A DNA stretch of 64,000 bases, taken from NCBI RefSeq assembly GCF_006345805.1, contig NC_043002.1, positions 103,788,001 through 103,852,000 of the forward strand, in the 5' to 3' direction. The position numbers and the translations under genes were made by a program. The notes below the pieces were generated by a model. It was not told the origin of the DNA. It searched no databases and saw only the letters and a program-made list of their open reading frames with translations. The stretch is from Octopus sinensis (Eukaryota). Every line of letters begins with the position of its first letter. Position 1 is the stretch's first letter. This document shows positions 13,179 through 25,005 of this stretch, piece by piece.

Positions 13179-13213
13179 CCTTCTATAAAAAAAAAATATA
13201 TATATATATATAT

Positions 13214-13263
<50 letters not shown>

Positions 13264-13599
13264 ACATATATATGCGCGCTCGCGTGTGTGGATGTCTTTA
13301 TGTTCGTGCCACCAGTTGCCAAAGTATGTTCTTTAGTTTCCTTCCCCGTAACTTAGCGCTTTGTCTAAACAAAAAGATAGAATTAGTATCGGGCTTTAAA
13401 AAATCAAATTTTAGCGTCGATCCATACAAAAAAAAGTATAAAAATAGGATTGCTGGTATTTATATCGTTCATTAGAAATAAGTTCATTTTAACCTTGTGA
13501 AATAGAACCACAATGAATAAATATTAATTATCACACCTTTAATTGATCTAACGCTAACAAACGTATTTGAATTTTATCGTCAAATCACATATTTGAAAC

Positions 13600-13900
13600 A
13601 GCTACTTGCATAGGTTTGCAAGGCTTAAGGTGACCCCAGGATATTGGTGTCTCGAGTTATATGGCCGGTTATATCGCCGTTTAAACAGTTTCCATGGCTT
13701 CAACGTGACCGAGATCAAAACACGTCCCCGAGACAAAACAGCTGTCCCATAGTAGTTTACTGATATAGAAGCATGTGAATTCGAGCAACGTAAAATGAAT
13801 TTTTTCTCTTCAAGCACAGAACACACCAGTTGATACGGGAATCGAATCTTTTACCTAGCCATTGTGAGTGCAGCAGACTAACCACTTGGTCACGTGCGTT
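13600..13900 (-). mobile_element. Degenerate tRNA-derived SINE
   Basis: Minus head GCACGTGACCAAGTGGTTAGTCTGCTGCACTCACAATGG...GATTCGATTCCCG resembles the head at 55851. Confidence 0.55.
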
Positions 13901-14091
13901 CACGAGCGTAGGAATATGGATTAAAATTGTGGAAGACATGCCTGTTGCTGTGACAATAACAGAACAAATCATGCCGTTTGTCACCGTGGCTACAACTCTA
14001 AGTTTATAAACATAAACACACATGTGTGTGTATGTGTGTGTGCTTGTGTTGTGCGCTTGTTTGTGTCTGTGTGTTTGCCTATATATATATA

Positions 14092-14152
<61 letters not shown>

Positions 14153-14334
14153 GGATATACAATATATAAATATATATGCATTGGAAGGTTTGGAGAAATG
14201 AGGTAATCAGAAGATCGGATGGTTTATATTTACAGATATTTATTTATATATTACATTTTATATGTATATATATCATATCACTTAGATCATTAGCGCTTTC
14301 TCCCATTCTCGTGGGGTTTTCATATATAGATTTA

Positions 14335-14401
<67 letters not shown>

Positions 14402-14578
14402 ATATCTATATATATATTTATATATAATAAAAAGAGAGAGAGTGAGAGATAGTTAGATCGATAGATAGATAGATAGATATAAATCTATATATATATGCAT
14501 ATATACACACACACACATATATATATATATATAAATACATATATATATAAATACATATATATATACACATACATATAC

Positions 14579-14637
<59 letters not shown>

Positions 14638-15769
14638 CATATATAAATATACACATATACATACATAAATGACGCCATTTTTAGTATGTTTAGAGGTTTG
14701 TGAAAAATAATGTTATAAAAATGATGTATTGAACACACACACACACAGGCACGTACACACGCGGAAACGTGCAGACACAGAAGGAAAAAGAAATGTTTAT
14801 TGATGTAAACAAGTTATAAGATATATGTAATTTATGCTTACATAGATATCTACATGTAGATGTATATATCTATTATTTCATTTGCGTATTCGATAATATA
14901 TAAAACACACAAACAGCACCAAAACATACAGCTTACACATTAGCGCATGCAACACACACAACATACACACCACAACACAACCCATATATATATATATATA
15001 TATTATATATCTATATATATATTATATATATAGATATATATATATATATATATATATAGATATATATATAATATATATTATATATATATATTAATATAAT
15101 ATATATATATATATATATATACATATATACATCTACATATATATGTATATATAATATATATGTATGGTATAAATATGTAAACATATATATATATATATAT
15201 ATACATGTATGCATGTATGTATGTATGTATGTATGTATGTATGTATGTATGTATGTATGTATGTATGTATGTATGTGTTTATGAATGTATGTATTTATAT
15301 GCATATACACGTTTGGTTGTAAGCAAAAGTGTGTGTTTGTGTGTGTGTGCGTATATCTGCATGTATTTATAGATTTTATTCATATAATTGAATTTATGCT
15401 CTGAGCAAGTAATCAAACGTAGAATTTTTTATATGTTCGTATGTAAAACAATAACACATGGGACATTGTTTATTCGAAACGACTATCAGGGGGATATGTT
15501 AGAACGTTATTCCAGGAATAGTTATTTTCTAAAAATTTTCATAATAACATCAGTGGTGCACGTGTTGGAGGTATCGACGGAGTTCCAGGTACAATAGAAC
15601 CGAAGTAAAACAAATAGCAACTTGCACCTGTACGCAGATATCTAACGGTGGCGGTCTTCATATATTTAAGGCTGAGGATCATACGTTCTTCCCGTGATAC
15701 TTATTTCTATTACTTTCTATTGTTTTAGTTGTGTTTGTGATGGTGGTCGCATAGGTGTGTGTATGTATG

Positions 15770-16018
15770 TTCAAATTCTCTCAGGTGTCTTGGGTTCAGT
15801 CTCCCAATGGGGCATTTTGCGCAAGTGTCTTCGACTACAACCTTAAGCCAACCAGATGCTTGTGAGAGGATTTCATCATCATCATCTTCAACTTTAATAT
15901 TTATTTTCCATGCTGGTATGGGTTGGATGGCTTGACATGAATTGGCGAGGCCAGGGGCCCACAAAAGGTTCCATAGTCTGTTTTGGCCTGGTTACTACAG
16001 CTTCGTGCCCTTCCTAAT
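15770..16018. mobile_element. Two abutting degenerate repeat fragments (SINE 5' part, then an RTE-tail-like fragment beginning with (CAT)n)
   Basis: GGGTTCAGTCTCCCA...GCAAGTGTCTTC resembles the 54763 SINE. It is followed by TTTTCCATGCTGGTATGGGTTGGATGG...GCCCTTCCTAA, which I recognise only from memory of such repeats. Confidence 0.45.
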
Positions 16019-16026
16019 GTGTATAA

Positions 16027-16066
<40 letters not shown>

Positions 16067-16139
16067 GGAGAGAGAGATAGAGAGACATGCATACTCACAT
16101 GTATATAAACATATAAATATAGACATACATACACACGAA

Positions 16140-16173
<34 letters not shown>

Positions 16174-16264
16174 TATATATATATAAGTATGCATAGTTGT
16201 GTGTGTATATATATATATGCATATATGTATGTAAATATATGCATATATATATATATATAAGCTC

Positions 16265-17373
16265 ACCTTTATTGTTTTACGTTTGTTTCTTATTCGTGCT
16301 TTCCTTATTGTTTTCACGTATTTCTGTATTTTTATTCGTGTACGTCGTTCGTTTTCCTTCCTTGTGTTGTATACATTGGAAGCTTTCTTCCAAGGGATCT
16401 AATACGCTTGGCTTAGATTTCCCTTGGGGGCTGCCCAGGTCGGAGCAATCTCAAGATTAATCAGCCGAAATTGCGAAGATGATCCGGTTCTTGACTGATG
16501 ATTGAGGGCTTCGAATGTTCCGTCCTGTGGTTCTGGTGATGTCTTCTAGGTGTTTCACGTTCTTGTCCCAGTTTGTATATATTTTTTCCTTTTTACATAT
16601 ATAATGGCGGCTTCGTATCCACACCTCTGTCCTTATTCGTAAGTATATTTTCTCTAACATTGGTACGACTCTTGATCTGTCTCTGTCTCTGTCTCTCTCC
16701 TCCTCCCTTATTCCCCTTCTTTCTTTCTTTCTCTCTTCATCCCCCACGCTTCTCTACCTCTCATACCTCCACTCCCCTCGATCTGTCTCTTTCTTCTCCT
16801 CCACTGTCCACCTTCTCTCTCTCCTCATCTGTCCCTTTCTCCTGTCTTTTGTCCTCACGTGACCAGCTAGCCACTGCTGGGCGGTCTTTTCGTATCCAGC
16901 AGTCGTTGAAGCAACACGTTTTTGTTTGTTTCCCGCGGTCATAAGGCACAACTCCATAAGCCAGCCCCAACTCATCTCGTCCTGTCGAAGGACCCTTGTC
17001 CTACGTCCTGGTTTTGTTTTGTTATCCTTACCTTTATTGTTTTTTACGTTTTTGTATTCTTATTCGTGCTTTCCTTATTGTTTTCACGTATTTCTGTATT
17101 TTTATTCGTGTACATCGTTCGTTTTCCTTCCTTGTGTTGTATACATTTGAAGCTTTCTGCCAAAGGATCTAATGCGCTTGGCTTAGATTTCCCTTGGGGG
17201 CTGCTCAGGTCGGAGCAATCTCAAGATTAATCAGCCGAAATTGCGAAGATGATCCGGTTCTTGACTGATGACTGAGGGCTTCGAATATCCCGTCCTGTGG
17301 TTCTTGTGATGTCTTCTAGGTGTTTCATGTTCTTGTCCCAGTTTGTATATATTTTTTACTTTTTACATATATA
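16265..17373 (+). mobile_element. Non-autonomous PLE/retrozyme-like element: two ~340-bp direct repeats (16265-16603, 17030-17373) around a 426-bp internal segment
   Basis: The direct repeats are highly similar by eye, with a period of about 770 bp. Both ends abut (TA)n and there is no meaningful ORF. Confidence 0.8.
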
Positions 17374-18088
17374 TATATATATATATGATTGTGTGTATGT
17401 ATGTATATATGTTGGTAGGTATGTCTATTTACGTGTTCGTATCTATATTTGTCTGTCAGACTTCATGTGTATACTTGTTTTCATATGTCACACCAATGGA
17501 ATAAAAGGATAGTTGTGTGTGGCATTCATTCACCAGCTCTGGGAAAGAGAGGATACTTAAAGTATGAACTACTATTCAGATAAAACATTTAAATTGCACT
17601 GCTGTCGATATAAATTACAAAATTATATTCCCACTCAATACGTAAGCATAACCAGAAATAAATTAGTGAAATAAGTACGAGATTGTTCAATCATATGCAT
17701 TTATAATTTCACCTTTAAAGGTATTTAACATTCAGACCACTGCTATTGTTTTTTTTTAAATTATAACTTTACAGTTGATATAATTATGTAAGCTTACGAT
17801 CGTTCCGGTTTATATCTGCGTTGCTCTCTTGTGGGTGGAGAATGACATAATGGAATCGAATACGCTCAACATTGCAGAGGACACCTCATCAGGTTACATG
17901 ATACGTGAAAGTGTTATAAGTCCATTTCACTATAGTGCGCGTCAGGATGGTGTTAGTGTGATTCGAGCGTTTATAGTAGTTCACAGATCCACTATTAAGG
18001 CAGAGTATTTGGTCTGTATTTGGCGAGTGTTAGGTAAAGGGTAATAGGAATCTAATACAAAGAGGAAATAGGAAGGTCAGAAGGGATT

Positions 18089-18211
18089 TTGAATAAAAAG
18101 CGTTCTAAAGTTTTTGCGGTTCTTTGATGGTTGATCATCGATGCCACGAAGAATACGCACGACCAACCATCAAAGAAGTCCACAACCTTTAGATCTGTGG
18201 CATTTATTCAA
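18089..18211. repeat. Imperfect hairpin or small MITE-like inverted repeat
   Basis: Perfect 14-bp stem TTCTTTGATGGTTG/CAACCATCAAAGAA plus outer pairings TCTAAAG/CTTTAGA and TTGAATAAA/TTTATTCAA. Confidence 0.7.
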
Positions 18212-19096
18212 CAATTCATGTGATGAGTTTTACTTCTGCCGAGGTCAACTTTGCCTTTAATCAATTTAAGGTGGATTAAAGACGTCCCTAGTTGAGTCTT
18301 TTATTTGAGGAAATTGACTGTTCCCTCCTCTTTAAATTAAATACTATAAATGTTTATGTCTCCATTTCTGATATCTATACGAATACAAATGTGATACAAA
18401 TTTATACATTTATCTAAATGTATCAAACGTTGTCTTTCATTTGGGAAGATTAAAATATAGAAAATGTTTTCAAAACCTAATGCTCAGCAAAATGTTCAGT
18501 CTACATCACCACATTCTTCCAATGTACGTTGTCCATACTAACACAAACTTACAAGGTCTCTGTTACTCTCTCAGGAGAGTTTTCGCTTTGACTGTCACTA
18601 TTAACGACTGTAAAAATGAATGAAATTTACTAAAATATATATATTTTCCATTCAGACTGGTGTTAGGTACCTGAGGTATTTGAATTTTGTCTTGAAGTCT
18701 TGGAGTCGTCAAAATAAGATTCTATCATTTACGTGTCCATTCAATGTAAGCTACAAAATTATTCTTCCGGGGAAACAATGGTCCTTTCATACTACCAAGT
18801 TTGGTCAGATAAAAAAAATAATAATGAGGACCACAGCTGCAGTGATCCACGTATTTGTACCTGAAATATATTGACTGGCATCATGATAGAAAATTAAAAT
18901 TCCCCCCCGCACACACACACACAAATACATATACACACAAACACACACGTTGTTTCTATGTTCAGATAGAAATTATAGATTACACTATTTTGACGGTTTG
19001 CATAAACAAGCCAACGCACATATGTATTACGATATATATATATATATATATAAATATATACTTACTTTCACAAACATACGCACACACACACGCTCG

Positions 19097-19152
<56 letters not shown>

Positions 19153-19602
19153 GATATACATTTACATATACACATATGCATATGTGTGTGACTATGTGCG
19201 TGTATGTGTAAGTATATGTGTGTGTGTGTGTGTGTATTTGCGGGATGTTGTATATCTTTGAATGTCTGCTACAGCTTCATAAATAAGGTAGTGAAAATGT
19301 ATTTTTTGTTTCTGGTGTGCACATGAAGCTTCTTGCCAGTTGAAATTGCTATATATTTGTAGAGGTGGGTGAGCGCGGGCGCGTATGACTTTTTTTGTAT
19401 AAATGTATATATTTGGTATTAAACATGACTCTCTGTAATATGTATACATCTGTAAAGTCATAGGCTTCCGATTCAGCATCTTTTTTCATCTAGTGCTATG
19501 TGTATGCCTATTCATTCATACAATTTAATATATAACCACAGAGCACACAAACACGGAGATGTATTTACTTACATACACACACAGGAATAAATATATACAT
19601 AC

Positions 19603-19658
<56 letters not shown>

Positions 19659-19819
19659 TATATAATCAGACATGTATGTATACACACAGACATTGATCTA
19701 TAAATATGTATATATATATATATATATACATATATAATATATATTATATATTATATTATATATTATATATATGTATGTATGCATGTAAGTATATAAGTAT
19801 ACTTATTTATGTATGTATG

Positions 19820-19861
<42 letters not shown>

Positions 19862-21016
19862 TATGTACTATATATTATTTATATATCTATATATATATAT
19901 AATATGCATATATATATATTTTTATATTATTTATATATATATATATATACATATATAGATAGACATAAATATTGATATGCATATATACATACATATGTGT
20001 ATGTATATTTATATACCTTTTTTTTTTTTTCAATTTTTCTATATATGTGTATATATATCATATGTGTGTTTGTGGAAAATCTGCGTGCATCTTAGTGGTG
20101 TGCAGAATAAGCATATGTTCGAATGCGCATAATTTTGAAACGTGTGTTTTGTATGTATCAAAATGTTCTTTCCTTAATTTCTTTCACTTTCCTACTTCCC
20201 TTCATAAAATATATTTCCCTTGAATGAAAAACGAAAGAAATTCTAATCCTCATTCTTATTGACAGAATTGAAAACTTGAAAGACAAATTATAACAATAGC
20301 CAAAATAATATTAATAACAATAAACAAACAAAACATTCCCTATGTAATAATATATAATGCCAAACAGTGTGTTTACCAAATCCTGATGTTTTTTTTTTCT
20401 TTTTGTCTTCTCCTCTCACTCTCGAAGTTTTATGCCGTCTTAGTTTTCTGTAAACCTTTCTTCCAGATTCGTCTACTCTCACATTCTTGTTTTTGTCCAT
20501 CTTCTTTTATTTATTATTTTTTTTGTAATCTTTCTTTTGTGCGTGTTATAAGAACATTCGCTGTGTATTAGGTAAGAAATATGAAAATACCCCAACCGAA
20601 CAAAAACGTAAAGAACAATCACATTGATGTGAACAATAATAAAAATATATAACCAAAATGAAAAGAAAATGAAAACAATGATTTAATATTTTTATATTTC
20701 TCTTCGGAACCTTGTAAAGGGAATTTCTCTCCCATAAATTTATATTTTCTTAATTCTAGTGTAGGTTTTTTTTCATTTTTTTTTTGTAGTTGAGAAAACA
20801 AACAGGTTTTATTCATACTTAAAAACGATTGAAATGTATAAATACAATCTTACATAAAACATTCAGACATCGTACACACAGAGAGAATTATAGGGGAACA
20901 TGCACGTTTGTGTAGAAACGGATGTAGTTAAATACATGCATGACGGTACGCTAACACAAACATACACAGGCACATATATACATATATACATACATATATA
21001 TATATATATATTTGTG

Positions 21017-21092
<76 letters not shown>

Positions 21093-21208
21093 CATATACA
21101 CTCACACACACCTATATATATAGGCTATTCATATATATATTTAACAATATACACCGTATTTTAGATATTTCAAGCAAGATAGATGACAGCGTGTATGTAT
21201 GTGTGAAA

Positions 21209-21244
<36 letters not shown>

Positions 21245-22154
21245 CATGCAAATACATATATATATATATACGTGTGTGTATACATGATTACCCACACATG
21301 TATGTAAGTATATATATATTATATATACATACATATAGGTAGTGGCATGCAGTGAAATACGTGAAGGATGAAGACACTTTTGACGCAGATTTTTCTCTGC
21401 AGAAAAAATAATTTCGTTGTTAGATGTTTGGTGTTTGCTTTGCATTTTATCTTGTTTGTTTTACTGTCAACAACAATCTATGCTAAGAGGAATTGACGCT
21501 ATGTTCAGGCAACCTGATAGCGTTACATGTACGTGTCTGTGTGTATTTGTGTATGCGTGTGTGTTTCTGTGTCGCTGTGTGTGCTTTTCCGTGTACGCGC
21601 GCGTATTTGTGTGTGTATGTGTATATACATTTATATTCTATGCCGTCTTCAGGCCTGGGAGCAGGGGCAGTTTCGGAGATGCCCATGAATTTAAGGGCCC
21701 TATTCTGAGTTATGTATGCTGTAGGTTTCTATCAATAAGTGAACGCAATAGAACCGAGAGTGCTGATTCGCGGCGTCTACAATACTTCTATAACGGCCCA
21801 ACGTTTATTTATGTACATACGTGTATGGAGACACATGTGCATGATAATATATACGCGCGCGCACACACACAAACACTTATATACACACATATATATATAT
21901 GTGTGTATGTATGAGGTATGTGTGAAGTAAATCCATAGAATTATAGAAATTTTGAAAACTCATTTCTCCCAGACACCCGACGGACCACCTTTTGAGCTAT
22001 TACCTAAGAGGTGTTAAATCCAAAGAAATCATCCATCCAGATATGTCCTGGCTTCGGGGTACATGTTGCACCACATGAATACAGGTTTGATGGAGTAGAT
22101 AGTAGGACTGATTCTGTACAATCCATGATTGTGGAGCAATTTATTGAGTATTTA

Positions 22155-22207
22155 AAATTAAACCTCTACGAAATTAAACCTCTACGAAAGTAAACCTCTA
22201 CGAAATT
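22155..22207. repeat. 16-bp tandem repeat, about 3.3 copies (AAATTAAACCTCTACG)
   Basis: Read directly from the sequence. Confidence 0.9.
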
Positions 22208-22639
22208 CCAGAGAGAGAAAACCTAATTAAGATATTTAAGTAATATGTGATATCTGAGGATTTATTGTACGTGCGAGCGTATTGACTGGTTTTTACTTCA
22301 TGGTGAATCCATAATTGGAGTGGTGGTACATGTGCTTCTGAAGATAGGCACCTTCACTTGGGAAAAAGTACAGGTGCAACAGAAGTGGTTACTGTATTTA
22401 CACTGCCATTGACCAAAGAACAAAGGCCAACCGTTATATAAGTATGTTATAACACGCCCGGTGCTATAATACCAACACAATTGAAGAAAAAGTAAGTTAC
22501 ATGATATGAATACAGCCAACTAAGGGATAGTATCTATCCAATATACTGCTGGTAGAAACCTAATATATACATGTGTGTGTGTATATACACATGTATATAT
22601 GTAACTGTATATATATTTATGTATGCATATATAGTTATG

Positions 22640-22689
<50 letters not shown>

Positions 22690-23016
22690 TAATTAACCTT
22701 ATGAACGTCTTGGAGTATCTTATAAAAACTCTCTGAGGAAGCCTAGAGCCATACCAAGTACCCTAATTTTATCAACAGATTTACAATACAGTGATAATTT
22801 GGAAATAACATGTGGGGAACTGTGATCTCTTGGCTGAAACAGCTGTAAGAATTTGCACATTTTTCTCTATTCTAGAAATTACTAATACGTTACACGTGCA
22901 ATCATATATTATCTGAACTTATTAAAATAAATAAATTGAAATAATATAATATCTAACGACTGATGAATACTACCTCATGATTCCCTCCATTTTCTTCTTG
23001 CCATAGATATAGATCG

Positions 23017-23092
<76 letters not shown>

Positions 23093-24152
23093 GAGAGAAA
23101 GAGAGGGAGAGAAAGGGCTTCCATGCAGTTTCCAACACATGAATTTACTCAAAAGATATTTGTCGGTTATGGGCTGTTCAGAAGGTCTAGACCTGAGAAT
23201 AGATTCTGGCACAGAGACTTTGCCGTACATGTGTCTACGCAAGGCCGCCAATACGGATGGATATTTTTGTAGAATATGTGTCTGGCTCTGAATGTCAAAG
23301 AGAATTTCTTTTCTATTATATTTTTGTCCAGAATATTAACGTAACAGTTGTGCGAATTATCGTAGCCAACACTTTCCATCCTTATACATAAACGAAGTAG
23401 TAAAAGATAAAATTTAAGTGAATTAGTTTCATTCACGATAAGAAATACTCTCTCTCTCTCTCTCTCTCTGTATGCATATCTGCATATATATATATATATA
23501 TATATAATATATATATATATAAAAGTAAGAATGTGTATATACATACATATATATATATAAATACATGCATACATATATGTACAATCCCACACACACATTG
23601 ATTGTATATATATAAACTCACACGCATGCACATAACCACATATATGTGTGTGTGTATGTTTGTATATATCTATGTATGTATCAATATATTACATTCGACG
23701 AATGTTATACATCAACGAAGTTTTAAGTGAAAACTAATAAATTAATTATATATTTATCTCAAGAAAACAGAATTAAATGTTTTTAGTGAGTGAAAGATTT
23801 GTAAAATAGTTTATCCAACTCAGAAATAAGTAATTTCAACTTCTACAAGGAAGTACATTCAATAAATCAAATTAGTTTTACAATAGAACTGTCTTAATGA
23901 CTGAATATATGAGTAAAGCTGTCGACATTTATAGGTGCTGACAAGGCTGTGTGTTTGAGACTCGCATTTGACAACAACACGGTTTCGAGTCAAGTGCAGC
24001 GCGGAGAACCTTGGACAAGTGTCTTCGTCTATAACTCCGGCCGATTTATGCCTTGTCATTGGATTTGCTAGACTATAAACGTTATGAACGTCCAACGTAT
24101 ATATAAATATGTATATACATACACACACACACACACATACACACACACACAC

Positions 24153-24203
<51 letters not shown>

Positions 24204-24452
24204 GTATACATATATATAAGTAGGCAAATGAATTATCTTATTACGGATAATACAAAAGATAACTGATACCTGGGTAGCAAACTCACAACAGAAAAAGCAC
24301 GGTTGAAGTTACGACGATAGGGCATAAAATCCGTTCCTTAGTGCGGAAATTTGAAGCTTAATTTAATATATTAAGTATAGGAAAGAATGGGCTCCTAGTG
24401 AGCAGTCATCGAAAAACTTGTTGTGCATTTTGTTGGGGAATTAAGTTCGTGG

Positions 24453-24535
24453 ATTTTCCTGAAGAGAAATCTGCATAGTGGACTCATTCATTCGGAATTA
24501 GGGATTTTGCAGACTTCGAAACATATGTCGAAAAT
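24453..24535 (+). ncRNA. Canonical type I hammerhead ribozyme motif (family F, PLE-type terminus ending at (TA)n near 24589)
   Basis: ATTTTC-CTGAAGA-GAAATCTGCA..(32 nt)..TGCAGACTTC-GAAA-CATATG-TC-GAAAAT: 6-bp stem I, 9/10-bp stem II, palindromic ACATATGT, GUC cleavage triplet. Confidence 0.8.
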
Positions 24536-24723
24536 AAAATAAAGGAACTTTGTTAAATCTTCGTTCAGCTCCATTCTTCCCTATCCTTAATATATATATA
24601 TATACAAAAAGCAATAAAAATTCAAGTTAATTTAAATGAATTTACTTGAATATGGTACCTAACTTAGATGCACCAAAAAAAAAAATACTGTTTTAACAAT
24701 ACAGTAATGTGGGGTGATTATAA

Positions 24724-25005
24724 GCGAGAAAGAAGCAACAAGAATGGATAGGTTTTTAGTACAATCGTTTCATACAAGGACAGGCTTTATTAAAAGTTGC
24801 AAAAATTACAGCATATAAACGTGTCCCGTACTCATCAGCTAAAATACATGTGAGTTCTCTAGACATCCTAGTGGTTGAGGCTATACTCATGAAGTAATGT
24901 AGATAATTAAGTAACATAAACAGATTTCCAAAGTTCATTAAAGTTCTTTAAAGATGATGTACAGTCTTATCACAGAATTTTAAAAAGTTTTAATAGCATC
25001 ACAGA
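24724..25005 (-). repeat. Inverted pseudo-LTR of the PLE
   Basis: Base-by-base comparison with 28813-29095 shows identity except A5 versus A6. Confidence 0.95.
24754..24844 (-). ncRNA. Type I hammerhead ribozyme motif in the inverted pseudo-LTR
   Basis: Exact mirror of 28975-29065. Confidence 0.75.

Larger units (their letters stand above)
12981..13190. mobile_element. Head-to-head inverted pair of PLE-type terminal fragments (family B)
   Basis: 64-bp inverted arms at 13054-13117 and 13127-13190 with 3 mismatches and a 9-nt spacer. The minus copy extends to 12981. (TA)n lies on both sides. Confidence 0.8.

Noticed and set aside
22155-22207. Short tandem repeat checked as a possible CRISPR-like array
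   Set aside because: No spacers, eukaryotic context and no cas genes.
24756-24938. Identical 60-aa ORF on opposite strands (also 28881-29063)
   Set aside because: A by-product of the inverted pseudo-LTR. It overlaps the ribozyme and has no recognisable protein motif.
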